From NCBI GenBank assembly GCA_019704295.1, contig AP024596.1:2016001-2080000 (forward strand): a stretch of 64,000 nt of DNA, read 5' to 3'. Shown here one piece after another: positions 54,393 to 64,000 of the stretch. A program made the translations under genes and the position numbers. How positions within the stretch are numbered: the stretch's first letter is position 1; each line of letters begins with the position of its first letter. Below the pieces are notes generated by a model that saw only the letters and a program-made list of their open reading frames with translations, ran no database searches and was not told where the DNA came from. The stretch comes from Sulfolobales archaeon HS-7 (GTDB lineage Archaea > Thermoproteota > Thermoprotei_A > Sulfolobales > Sulfolobaceae).

Positions 54393-56294
54393 GTGATGAG
54401 TTCAAAAGTAGCTAAGAAAAAGAGGGAACTAAGCCCAGCTGTCTGGTATGAAGTGATAGGAACTCCTTTCTTTCTTGAAGAAGAGAAGCAGAGAGACCAG
54501 CTTCTTAACGACTTCGCTACCGAAATTAAATCGCATAAATACACGGTAGCGTGGGCAATCGGCAAAAAAACACAGATAGAGATAGAGGAGGGATACTTAA
54601 GAAACTCAACCGAAAGTAAATTCTATTTAGGATTTCTAGAGCAAGATGAAAAGCCGATATTATTCAAATATATTAATAGGCATAATACACTCCCAGAGCC
54701 ACGTAAAGAAATAGATTATGTTACAGATACATATATAAAATTTAAGGACGGAACTTATGGACAAGTAGTATGGCTTGCTGGATTTGAAAAACTAGTACTC
54801 GAGGGAATCCTCAGCGTCATCTATCCGCTCGATATTTCGCCATCACAGACAGAAGTGTTTTTAGAAGTAACTACGGATGATGGGAGCGGAAAATTCGAGC
54901 AACGCTTCAGGAGCTATTTAGGTAGTATACTCAGCAGATCAGCTAGGTACATAGCGCATACGAATATCAGCAGTAACTTGCTAGAGCTTAAGAACAACGC
55001 GGATGACTTACAGTCTAGGATAAACGAAGGGAAACAACCAATAGCGATAAGGGGATTTGTTACTGTTATTGATAATGACATTAGCAGTTTAGAAGCTGCA
55101 ACTGAAAAAGTGCAGTTTCAGTTGAATCGATTCGGTGTGAAAACTAAACTACTGAAGAAAATACATTTCATCTTCTATCAGCTAAAGCACGATAGGTTTC
55201 ATGCTTACTGGAAGTATACTACTAACAACTATGCGGCATTACTGTATCCTTTCGGCGTCTTCAGGATTGAAGAACAAGATAGTATCTTTTTGGGATATGA
55301 CAGGATTTCTGGAAACCCGATCTATATCAACCCATGGCTTACTGGAATTTGGAAAACTAACCCTCACGGTCTTATCACTGGTTTATCAGGCAGCGGAAAG
55401 ACTACCACCGCTGGAGTTTTGATTTATCGCGCAGTTAAGAAATATGATCCTTATATATATGTAATCGACCCGATGAATAACTTTTCTAAGTTTTTCCAAA
55501 AATTTGAAATTCCAGCAAAGATAATCACTCTTGAAAAAGAGAAGCCTATGGGACTGGATCCTGTCAAAATCGCAATGAACTCTGGAGGTGTGTTATCAAT
55601 TAACGATTTTGTAGGGATTTTACTAAGCAGTTATAATATTCCACCTCAAGGTAGAGGATTTGTTAAGAAGGAATTAGAAAGTAGTGAAAACACGGAAGAA
55701 GCCGTAGATAGAATCTGTCAGAAAGACGCTGAGATATGTAAGTATGCACAGGATATGGTTACCGGATATGACAGAAATATTTGGGCAGGGGAAGGAATAG
55801 ATTTCGTTTCAAAGAGAATAGTGATCAACCTCGGTGATATGCCAGATTATATGAGGAAAATAGTAATGACACTTCTAACGGCTTCTACTAGAGCAACGCT
55901 TAACAGAATTGATAGAAAAAGTTACAAACCCGTTTTGATGGATGAGGCACACAGGATCTTTGATGATGAATCTTCAGCTTACTTTGTAGAGAAACTGTAC
56001 AGGGAAGGTAGAGCTTTACACGCCTCGACGTGGACCATTACACAGTCAATCCGTGACTATTACTATAATCAAAGAACTGAGACGATACTAACACAAGCAG
56101 AAACCCAAATCTTGATGAACCATGACGGGAGTGAGAAAGATGCCCTGCAGAAGGCTGGCTTAAATGATGAAGAGATAGAATTTCTGACGAACAATCCAGG
56201 GCGGGGCCAGGGAATATTACGGTTAGGAAGTATCAAGACTTTCGTAAATGTGACATTGACGGAAAAAGAACTCGAGGTGTTGAGAACTGAGTAG
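54393..56294 (+). CDS. VirB4/TraC-like conjugative ATPase
   Basis: NPHGLITGLSGSGKT, VIDP, MDEAH, REGR, ITQS. Confidence 0.85.
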   Translation: MMSSKVAKKKRELSPAVWYEVIGTPFFLEEEKQRDQLLNDFATEIKSHKYTVAWAIGKKTQIEIEEGYLRNSTESKFYLGFLEQDEKPILFKYINRHNTLPEPRKEIDYVTDTYIKFKDGTYGQVVWLAGFEKLVLEGILSVIYPLDISPSQTEVFLEVTTDDGSGKFEQRFRSYLGSILSRSARYIAHTNISSNLLELKNNADDLQSRINEGKQPIAIRGFVTVIDNDISSLEAATEKVQFQLNRFGVKTKLLKKIHFIFYQLKHDRFHAYWKYTTNNYAALLYPFGVFRIEEQDSIFLGYDRISGNPIYINPWLTGIWKTNPHGLITGLSGSGKTTTAGVLIYRAVKKYDPYIYVIDPMNNFSKFFQKFEIPAKIITLEKEKPMGLDPVKIAMNSGGVLSINDFVGILLSSYNIPPQGRGFVKKELESSENTEEAVDRICQKDAEICKYAQDMVTGYDRNIWAGEGIDFVSKRIVINLGDMPDYMRKIVMTLLTASTRATLNRIDRKSYKPVLMDEAHRIFDDESSAYFVEKLYREGRALHASTWTITQSIRDYYYNQRTETILTQAETQILMNHDGSEKDALQKAGLNDEEIEFLTNNPGRGQGILRLGSIKTFVNVTLTEKELEVLRTE

Positions 56295-56295
56295 A

Positions 56296-56544
56296 ATGCT
56301 AACTATCAAGCAGGTTCTAGATAGGATCATTAGAGTAGCAGAGATGAGGGGATATAACGTGGAGGCCTACGATAATCATCTGATCATTTATGGTGACGAG
56401 TTTAAGACAGACGTTACGGTTATAGATGATAACGTGATAATGATACAATCTCGAGGGTACCCTAAGGATAGGATAGACATCGTAAAAGCCTTTGAGATTG
56501 TAAATAAGAATGATAAAGAGCTAATCGACCTACTAAATTTGTAA
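56296..56544 (+). CDS. Hypothetical protein
   Basis: Starts immediately after the VirB4-like gene. Confidence 0.6.
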   Translation: MLTIKQVLDRIIRVAEMRGYNVEAYDNHLIIYGDEFKTDVTVIDDNVIMIQSRGYPKDRIDIVKAFEIVNKNDKELIDLLNL

Positions 56545-56635
56545 TTTTCTCAAGGAAACTCCCCAGTTTACTGGTAATACCTTTTTTGCATAGAGAAGCC
56601 TGATATAGTGCTATTTTAAATATCACTTATTCTTG

Positions 56636-57469
56636 ATGAGCAATTATATAGTGAATAACGAAGGTTTCCTAGTCGATCCAAATACGGGTGAAATTGTAGA
56701 CGAGTTTAGTTATCGTATTGACTATACTAATTTTTATAATACAACTCTATATGAAACTTTAGCTATAAAGAGAATTGAAAGAACTGTTACACAAATACCA
56801 AAAATTAATGTTAAGAGGTACTTAGTATCCTTACTCCCATCGAGACTTAAGGAAGAATTTTTGAGTGGAGCGAGCAAAATCAGTGATAAAGCAGAAGTCT
56901 TTGCACATTTTATTGGCCTTTGTAGAGAATATGGAATAATATTCGACTTCGATAAACTCAGAGAGAGTCTTGATATTAGCAAAATAAGTCTAAGGCGGGC
57001 GAGGAAGGAAATTATGATGAAGAACAAACAGAGGCCGTGGGAAAGGGTTGATAAAATCTTCTTTGAGATAAGTGATGAAATTGAAAGAAAGTATTGGCTT
57101 GCTTCGGTACTTGTTGTAATCGAATATCAGAGACGCGGGATAGAAATAAATATTGATGAAATTAAGAGGCATTTGGAAGTTGAAGTAAAAACAAAAAGTA
57201 GTTATTTGACTTATTTACTTAGAAATGGGAAAAATTCAATACTGGAACCATATCCTTGTTTTAAGTATATGTTATGCCCTCACGCAGCTCTTTCGAAAAT
57301 AAAGTTTAGTAAGAAAAAATTCGTTGTAATGCACTTAGGTAAGGAAGAAAATTGTTGTTTTGTTGTATCCGCGAAGAAAGTCGAGAGAATACTTTCTAAA
57401 ATGGAAGTACATTATGAGGCGATGAAAAATAAGGAAAATACAGTTCAGTTACCTCAAGTCAATCAGTAG
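56636..57469 (+). CDS. TFB/TFIIB-like protein
   Basis: EGFLVDPNTGEIVD ribbon-like motif; cyclin-like F.GLCREYG...L...LDISK..LRRARKEI. Confidence 0.5.
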   Translation: MSNYIVNNEGFLVDPNTGEIVDEFSYRIDYTNFYNTTLYETLAIKRIERTVTQIPKINVKRYLVSLLPSRLKEEFLSGASKISDKAEVFAHFIGLCREYGIIFDFDKLRESLDISKISLRRARKEIMMKNKQRPWERVDKIFFEISDEIERKYWLASVLVVIEYQRRGIEINIDEIKRHLEVEVKTKSSYLTYLLRNGKNSILEPYPCFKYMLCPHAALSKIKFSKKKFVVMHLGKEENCCFVVSAKKVERILSKMEVHYEAMKNKENTVQLPQVNQ

Positions 57470-57539
57470 CTCAGATGAAGCACTGTTCTCTGGTCTCAGT
57501 AAGGAAATCAAGACAAAACAGATTCTAGTCTTTGCAGGA

Positions 57540-57944
57540 TTGGCAATAATCGCGTTAATAGTCGTCCATAGAAGCGTTATCCTAGCAATCCCGTTCTTTC
57601 TTGCCGGCATAGTCTATGTGAATTATTCAGATGATATAATGCCCCTCTCAAATTACTTAGCTACGCTCCAGGAATATAGAAAACTTAAACAACCAAAAAT
57701 TCAAAAACAAAAAGTAGAACGGGAGAAAGAAAGGAATATTAAACTACCAAAAATTCCTACCGAAGTTCAACTTGTTATGGTATCAGTAGTTTCAATAGCA
57801 TCGGGATTTTACGGCATATATCAGTCGTTTTCTATAAACATAATAGGTATAATAGTGGGAAGTGTTCTAGTAGGATTAGGGCTTGTGATTCTATTGGCCA
57901 TCGTTTCACCCCTTTTAAATGGGATATTAAATGAAGGAAGATGA
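57540..57944 (+). CDS. Membrane protein, PrgI/VirB3-like candidate
   Basis: Four TMs; frame open upstream to 57426 (DEALFSGLSKEIKTKQIL). Confidence 0.45.
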   Translation: MAIIALIVVHRSVILAIPFFLAGIVYVNYSDDIMPLSNYLATLQEYRKLKQPKIQKQKVEREKERNIKLPKIPTEVQLVMVSVVSIASGFYGIYQSFSINIIGIIVGSVLVGLGLVILLAIVSPLLNGILNEGR

Positions 57945-58189
57945 AGTGGTTTAGGAGATATCATAGCGAGGGATTCGGTCTTAAGACAATGATATCAGGG
58001 GCCGCAGCAGGTTTGATGTTCGCTTTCGCAGCAAGCCCAACGACAATAGCAACTTTGTTCGGCGGTACATGGCCTAACTACGTCCCACAAGCTCCGTTCC
58101 AGATCTTCAGTGCGATAGCAGGGATCGGATTAGGGTATGAAACCTTCCATCTCTATAGAGAATATCAAAAATTAATTAGAAAAAAGTGA
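57941..58189 (+). CDS. Small 2-TM protein (pilin-like candidate)
   Basis: Gly/Ala-rich hydrophobic helices within the transfer cluster. Confidence 0.5.
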   Translation: MKWFRRYHSEGFGLKTMISGAAAGLMFAFAASPTTIATLFGGTWPNYVPQAPFQIFSAIAGIGLGYETFHLYREYQKLIRKK

Positions 58190-58756
58190 CTTAAGAAACA
58201 GTCTGAATAAAGATACACCTTTTTTATAATATTCTTCATTTATTCTTACTTTTTCTGGCGGATGACTCCAAAATATCCAGTGTAATAGTAGTCCAAGTTT
58301 ATTCTTCTCTAGTTTAATCGGAGTATACTTTCGTCCTGTGATTTCATAAGCGAAAATATCAGCTCTTCTCTCTTCATTTTTCTTACGCCACTTTACTATG
58401 ATGAACATAACAAAAGCCGTCAGCCAGTTCCATGGTAAGCTTAGCAAAAATAGGGGAAAGATTACTACTGATGTCAGTAAAGGATCAAGTAAGAAATTAT
58501 CATGGATTAAATGTCCCAGTTCATGATAATATGCCGCCTTATCTTCTTCAATTCCTCTATAGAGAATTTTCTTTCCATTTAACATCTTATAGGAAAAATA
58601 ACCGCGTGCGGGACACTCATAAAACTCGATATTAAAGAGGGATCGCTTAACGCAGATAGACTGTTTAGCGTCTCTATATGCCCTAATCTCACTTTGTAGC
58701 ATTAGAAATAGAAATGCTCCCGTATAAGTTATTACTACAAGTATGGTTTCCATCAT
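58172..58756 (-). CDS. M48-like Zn metalloprotease
   Basis: HELGH, EERRAD.FA, SHPP. Confidence 0.75.
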   Translation of the reverse strand: MMETILVVITYTGAFLFLMLQSEIRAYRDAKQSICVKRSLFNIEFYECPARGYFSYKMLNGKKILYRGIEEDKAAYYHELGHLIHDNFLLDPLLTSVVIFPLFLLSLPWNWLTAFVMFIIVKWRKKNEERRADIFAYEITGRKYTPIKLEKNKLGLLLHWIFWSHPPEKVRINEEYYKKGVSLFRLFLKSLFSN

Positions 58757-58786
58757 TTTTAACAGTTTTAAAAAATAGAGGAAGAA

Positions 58787-60699
58787 TGAGCTATCCTAAC
58801 CACCATACTATACAGAGAATGAGTGTGTTAATCGTAGGAATAATATTAGTGCTAGGAATAGTAGCAATGCTTGCAAATTATAAGCCCTCTCAGACTGGAC
58901 CTATCGCTATCCAAAATCCTTCACCGACGATAACAACACCTCCCCTGAACGTCACTCCTCCTAAACTGAACATAACTAATTTCACTGCGACTTACAGTTT
59001 TACTAATGCAGTAGAATCGCTTAATGCTACAGACATCTATACTTTCAATTCTACTAAGTTGCTTGAGTTTGAATACGCATATAACCCGCTTGCGTCGACT
59101 GTAGCTGATATACTTTCACTTTCAGCTAGCCAGGTAACGCCGTGGACTTATTCTGAATTATATAACATTTTAGACTCTAAATACACTCATTGGACTTCTA
59201 CTAGAACAGTGTCAATGTACTATTATCCGATGAACATGAGCATGAACACGATATATCTGAATTTTGCATTTCAAACTAATCCTCAGTTTGTTAATGCTTA
59301 TGAACAATTAAATAGAAATTATCCGTTTCCACCTTCAGACAATATCACGGTAAACTCCCCAGTTTACCGCATAATTAACAAAACTTCTGTAACAACTAGC
59401 GTAAATGTTCAATTTAGCAATTATACATATTTAATATATAATTATACTTACAAGAGCGGCAATACGGTATATGAATATTTATATTATGACTCGTCCGTAG
59501 AGGGATACGCTTATCTTTATGCTAATAATCAACTGATAAATTCTCAATATTTCTATTATAACTTCTACTGGTGGGGTGGGAGTTACACTAACACGCTCTA
59601 CGGTGAAGTAACAGTTCCACCTGGCATGATGAAACAAGTTTACGCAGATTACACTATCTTAATGTCACCTGGTTATGGTTTTCAAGAAAAACAGCAGGGG
59701 AATGTAACTTACTACATTTACAAGTATTATCCAGCAGGGCCATACGTATCAATGTTAGGTTATATGTTTAATTGGTACGAATATAATGTATTGTTACAGA
59801 TAAAAATTCTAGTTTATAATGGTAGTAATCCAGTAACTTACGTTAATAACCAGACCTATAACTCTAGAACTATTAACGTAATAGTTTCATATAATGTATG
59901 GAGTTCAGACCCTAAAACTTATACAAATACTATAAAAACACTAGACCATATAATGTTTTTAAAGTATAATTTAACTAGAATATGGCACGCAGGGAGTATA
60001 ACAATTAACCCGACCTGTTATATACAACAAATCGGAAATGCCGTTAATTATTATCTTAATTTTAACATACAAAATGATATTATCGAACCGCCTTCATACA
60101 TTTTCCATCCAGTTCATCAACTGAACGAAACGACAGTGCTGCAGTGGAGCTACTTCCTCAATAACTATATTGTTGTCAAGGGGCTGTATAACGCAGTGCA
60201 CGAAAACATAGACGAATTCAATTATATCCTTCCACAGTTTGTAACATCTGTCTATAAAGAGAATCTAACATTGCGTACGATAACTATAGCTAGCTTTATT
60301 GAGCCATGGAATGTTTCCCAGGTGACCCTAAACGTATCTGGCGTCTTAGCAAAAAGTAATATGATCTTTATTCCAGTCAATATAACACCTAATACTTCAT
60401 ATAGTATAATCTATTCCGCGCTGGGATCTATTTATACAATACCCAACGTGACTTTACTAAGCTATGAATGGAATAATATGACGGGATCTGGGTACTTTCC
60501 ACCTTTAGTCGAGAACGAACTGTACAACGGAACTATTCCACCTCCAATCTATGCTCCATTCATGAAAAATATAGTGTTGAACTACGGATACTATTGGCCA
60601 TATCGACTACCTTATGTAGAATTTTCGATTCAACAATTACAGAAAAATTACGAATATTGGTACAACCCCGCATGGCCTGGCTGGTTCCCAATAAGCTAA
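58787..60699 (+). CDS. Membrane-anchored extracellular protein
   Basis: N-terminal TM; Y/N/T-rich with many NxS/T sequons. Confidence 0.7.
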
Positions 60700-60858
60700 G
60701 TCAATTTAATTTTTTATCAGTAAACTGGGGAGTTATTTCAAATTTTCTTACGTTCTTCTTCTAACGTTAGGATCCTTCCTCATATACTTAACAATTTTTT
60801 AACATTCAATGAGAATAATCAATATATCATTTTTAAATACTATTATCTCTGAGGCAAA

Positions 60859-62823
60859 GTGAAGCTAGATAAGAAAAAGAAACTAATCAAACAAATCTGG
60901 TTAGCTTTCTTCATTATTCTAATAATGAATAATGTAATATCTGATACATTGCTAGTATTTGGCCAAGCACCCCCAGGGCCTAACCCCTTCTATGGATATC
61001 TTCCAGAACTAGTTCCGCTTGGATATCTGCTTGCAGGTGTATTATTCATATTAGGACTAATAGCATACAGAAAAGACTTCAGCTACGCAATCGTACTGAT
61101 TAGTGCGGCGGCCCTAGTAGCAGGATTATTGAATTATGCAGTAGCGTCAACGGGAGGAGTGAATGGCAATATTTTACACGTAGTTCCGGTTCAAGTCCAA
61201 ATAACAGTCAAATACAACGGTCAAATAGTGGCAATTTATCCGGAATCCAATATAGGGAGTTTTGAAGCACCGTTAAACCAAAAATACACCGTCACAGTGA
61301 CTACTAATCCTCCCACTCCTATCTCTGAATTTCTATTTTATGAAGGACAAACCATATTTTTCAACGATTCCGGGCAAACTTCGTATAGTTATACATATGT
61401 AACTTCACCGGCTTTCGCAGGAACTAATACGTTAATTGTTGAAGTTAGTCATGTTAAAGGTAATACTCTCTACTACGGTTACGGATACGTCGATTTCCGG
61501 TATTTGCCAAAAGCGGGAGGTATATATGAAGACGTATTAGCGGCCTTGATGGTGGTATCCGGAATAAGCGCATTTACTGGGGGTTCCGGTACACAATTAC
61601 TAAGCGGGGCAATAGGTGGTGCAATAAATAACTTTGTGGTCACGCCAACAATAGGTGGAAACGGAGCGAGTGGCCAAGCAGGGAACTTCTTCTTCTATTT
61701 CCAAGAGTTAGCGGAAGCAATAGGGTTTGTATTCATAGCCCTGGGAATAGGAATTAATGCCATCAGAGGTGGATACAGCGATATGGTAGATTTAGGCATG
61801 GATTTCTTCTATAGAACAGGAATTTTTCTGTTATTTACCTACGGAGGGATACAGATATTTAACGCAATAGCAAATTCGCTAAATCAGATATCAGAGTATA
61901 TAGTTTCGTCACAGATAGGACCAATCTCAAATGTACTAGCACTATGGACAGAACTGGGAATAGGTCTTCTCACAGGCGCTAATTTCATCGGATTTGGTCT
62001 GGGAAGAACGCTCGCTAGTTTAGCTATGTTCATCTTCGAAGTTGATATCGCTATCTTCTCGATAAGCTATCTGAGAGTAGTGTTGATCTACGCTTTGGCT
62101 AGCATGATCCCTCTAATAGCAGCTCTCTGGACGTTTGAATGGACTAGAGGGATTTCATTGGCTCTAACGGAAATTCTCGCAGGATTAGTGTTTGGAGGTC
62201 TATTAGACGCGTTGATCCTTTATTTCCTAGTACAGGTTGGAGGATTAGCCTTCTTTGCCTTTGCCCCAGCCGCTCTAATCGCATTCTTCATGACGGGGTG
62301 GGGAGCCCATCAAATGGTAAAATCTGTCGGGCTTTCATCGTCGTCCAGAATAAACCCTGGTTATACTCCATCTGGAGGGTCAGGATCTGGAGGATCAGGG
62401 AGTCAGCAAGGGAGGCAACAAACCCAAAACGTTCCGGTCACGCAGATAGTTACGCCACAACAAGTTCCTCAACAACAAGTTACGCCACAACAAGTTCCTC
62501 AACAACAAACAGTTTCCACGCAAGATGCTATACAGCAGTTAGGAGAAGCCACTACACTGAGGCTAGACAATGGAAGTAGATACGCGACTATAACAGCAGT
62601 AAGAGGAGGTTATCAAATCACCAAGGGTATGAGGACAAGTTCCGGGGAAGTTGAGAAGACTTATGTCATCCCCGCTAAAGCTAGCATTACAGAGGTAGCC
62701 CAGGGTGTACAAAAGAACTTTGTAAATAAGACGCCCCCAGAAATAAATCCAGAACTTATGGGGCAATTACTTAGATCGGTCGAAAGTAACAATATAAATA
62801 ATGAAAGCGTTAAATTAGGATAG
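60859..62823 (+). CDS. VirB6/TrbL-like polytopic membrane protein
   Basis: Multiple TMs, LRVVLIY..A.M.PL..ALW pattern, low-complexity G/S/Q tail. Confidence 0.6.
   Translation: MKLDKKKKLIKQIWLAFFIILIMNNVISDTLLVFGQAPPGPNPFYGYLPELVPLGYLLAGVLFILGLIAYRKDFSYAIVLISAAALVAGLLNYAVASTGGVNGNILHVVPVQVQITVKYNGQIVAIYPESNIGSFEAPLNQKYTVTVTTNPPTPISEFLFYEGQTIFFNDSGQTSYSYTYVTSPAFAGTNTLIVEVSHVKGNTLYYGYGYVDFRYLPKAGGIYEDVLAALMVVSGISAFTGGSGTQLLSGAIGGAINNFVVTPTIGGNGASGQAGNFFFYFQELAEAIGFVFIALGIGINAIRGGYSDMVDLGMDFFYRTGIFLLFTYGGIQIFNAIANSLNQISEYIVSSQIGPISNVLALWTELGIGLLTGANFIGFGLGRTLASLAMFIFEVDIAIFSISYLRVVLIYALASMIPLIAALWTFEWTRGISLALTEILAGLVFGGLLDALILYFLVQVGGLAFFAFAPAALIAFFMTGWGAHQMVKSVGLSSSSRINPGYTPSGGSGSGGSGSQQGRQQTQNVPVTQIVTPQQVPQQQVTPQQVPQQQTVSTQDAIQQLGEATTLRLDNGSRYATITAVRGGYQITKGMRTSSGEVEKTYVIPAKASITEVAQGVQKNFVNKTPPEINPELMGQLLRSVESNNINNESVKLG
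62449..62508 (+). repeat. 30-bp tandem repeat x2 (VTPQQVPQQQ)
   Basis: GTTACGCCACAACAAGTTCCTCAACAACAA twice. Confidence 0.9.
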
Positions 62824-62833
62824 GTGATGAATA

Positions 62834-63316
62834 ATGGACAAGAAGATAATAATCGGAATAGTTGTTGTAGTAGTTATAGTAATAGGAGTACTAGCATTAA
62901 TGGTAGGACATAAAAATATGACCAGTACTACGCAGCATCCTACAAGCACTCCTACGACAAATACGACATCAACTTATACTTCAACTACTACAATTTCTTC
63001 AACAACTAACATATCAACGACAAGTACTGTTACAGGATTAAAGCCTTTCACAGTATACTTTCTAAATGACACAAACGGCACATATTATTACGTTGCAACA
63101 TTTAACACAACTCTTCCAGCGCAGATTATCATGCTAGCATGGAATAACCACGATGTCCAGGCGTACCAACATGTATTTGACGGTTATATTATCGCAGTTT
63201 TCGGTTTACCTGAATATATAAATAGTTCGATACCGTTGGTATTCGTCCTTAATAACGGCGGAGACATAGGCTATAATTTTGCGTACGGCGGACAATGGAC
63301 CTTCGGTTCTATTTAA
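62834..63316 (+). CDS. Membrane-anchored Ser/Thr-rich protein
   Basis: N-terminal TM, T-rich linker. Confidence 0.7.
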   Translation: MDKKIIIGIVVVVVIVIGVLALMVGHKNMTSTTQHPTSTPTTNTTSTYTSTTTISSTTNISTTSTVTGLKPFTVYFLNDTNGTYYYVATFNTTLPAQIIMLAWNNHDVQAYQHVFDGYIIAVFGLPEYINSSIPLVFVLNNGGDIGYNFAYGGQWTFGSI

Positions 63317-63399
63317 CTCTTATAAGGGGCTGAGCCCTTTTTCATATTGATAGAAATCTTTTTATATTCATTTATATTGGATTAATTGATAATTATGAT

Positions 63400-63595
63400 C
63401 CCTCACGCCAATGTGGACTATGCCAAAAAGGGTGAGGGCGAAAATAACAGAGATGTGAGTTCTGTGCCGTTGAGCTCGAAGGAGTCCAGTGACCCACATA
63501 CCGTAAAACTAGGTAGGTGGTTGAGGGCTAAGTCCTATACCGGATCATGATTGAAAATAAAATGAGCGAAATGAAGGTGTAGGGACAAACGGAGA
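63400..63595 (+). mobile_element. tnpB 3'-end remnant
   Basis: Reads ...RWLRAKSYTG/...IMIENKMSEMKV* then GGACAAACGG, a Sulfolobales TnpB-type tail with a frameshift. Confidence 0.55.
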
Positions 63596-63629
63596 AACAT
63601 TGCCGATTTTTTAAATATCTAATTTAGTG

Positions 63630-64000
63630 ATGAGTATTCCCAATCAACCCAAAAATTCTCCAATAAAGAGAAAGAGAATAGATACTAGAGTTTTGTTCAT
63701 ACTGGTTTCAGTAATAGCGGCGATAGGCTACATTATTTACATCCATCATAGCGACACCAAACCTACAAGCACACCAAATACTATTAACACTGAAACTAAC
63801 GCAAATACAACTAAGATCAGTACAAATTATCAGCTACAGTTCATAGCGTATAATTTCAGTCTGTCTAATTCCATGCAGAAGGGTATCACAACCGAAGAAA
63901 ACGGAACGGTGTATTTGCAGATAAGCGGATACTTTAACCAATTCCCTGGTAACTACCCTCAATACCTTACGGGAAAAATCTACATAATCTATATGCAAAT
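63630..64000 (+). CDS. Membrane-anchored protein, truncated by window end
   Basis: Hand translation: MSIPNQPK...VLFILVSVIAAIGYII.. open to the end. Confidence 0.65.
   Translation, partial: MSIPNQPKNSPIKRKRIDTRVLFILVSVIAAIGYIIYIHHSDTKPTSTPNTINTETNANTTKISTNYQLQFIAYNFSLSNSMQKGITTEENGTVYLQISGYFNQFPGNYPQYLTGKIYIIYMQ

Larger units (their letters stand above)
48671..64000. mobile_element. Integrated pNOB8-family conjugative element (runs past window end)
   Basis: att site, plrA, VirB4-like ATPase, VirB6-like protein, repeated TAAACTGGGGAGTTTA motifs. Confidence 0.8.

Noticed and set aside
42455-60736. 16-bp repeats as a CRISPR or TIGR array
   Set aside because: Spacing is irregular (0.4-4.5 kb) with mixed orientation; no cas or extra Nop-domain gene in the element
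54393-62823. Chromosomal Ced DNA-import system
   Set aside because: plrA, att site and plasmid motifs point to a conjugative element, and the gene order is not cedA-cedB

Overview
AT-rich chromosomal segment of a Sulfolobaceae-type crenarchaeon. About 1-40.5 kb is housekeeping DNA: rnz, prs, a GPN GTPase, the pcna-priS-gins-rpl44e-rps27e-aIF2a-nop10 cluster, aglB, carS, uppS, Mrp/Nbp35, thermopsin, a stand-alone nurA-herA-like pair, tRNA-Gln, mat/SmAP, fibrillarin/Nop5, rps30e, gatDE and a class II RNR. Its intergenic regions hold MITEs and tnpB 3'-end remnants. About 40.9-64 kb is an accessory region best read as two tandem pNOB8-family integrated elements separated by a tRNA-Glu 3'-half att site at 48627-48670. 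The left element is decayed: dead integrase, IS256/IS5/ISH3 debris, a Panacea-HEPN-like pair, and an RHH gene flanked by two box C/D-like sRNAs. The right element carries plrA, a VirB4-like ATPase, a VirB6-like protein, secreted proteins and a TFB-like protein. Best novelty candidates: (1) a head-to-head Kiwa-like (KwaA/KwaB) pair in a cassette bounded by TAAACTGGGGAGTTTA-type motifs; (2) element-borne box C/D-like guide RNAs; (3) a Cys-less TFB-like factor inside the transfer gene cluster. All family assignments are by-eye motif recognition; no searches were run.
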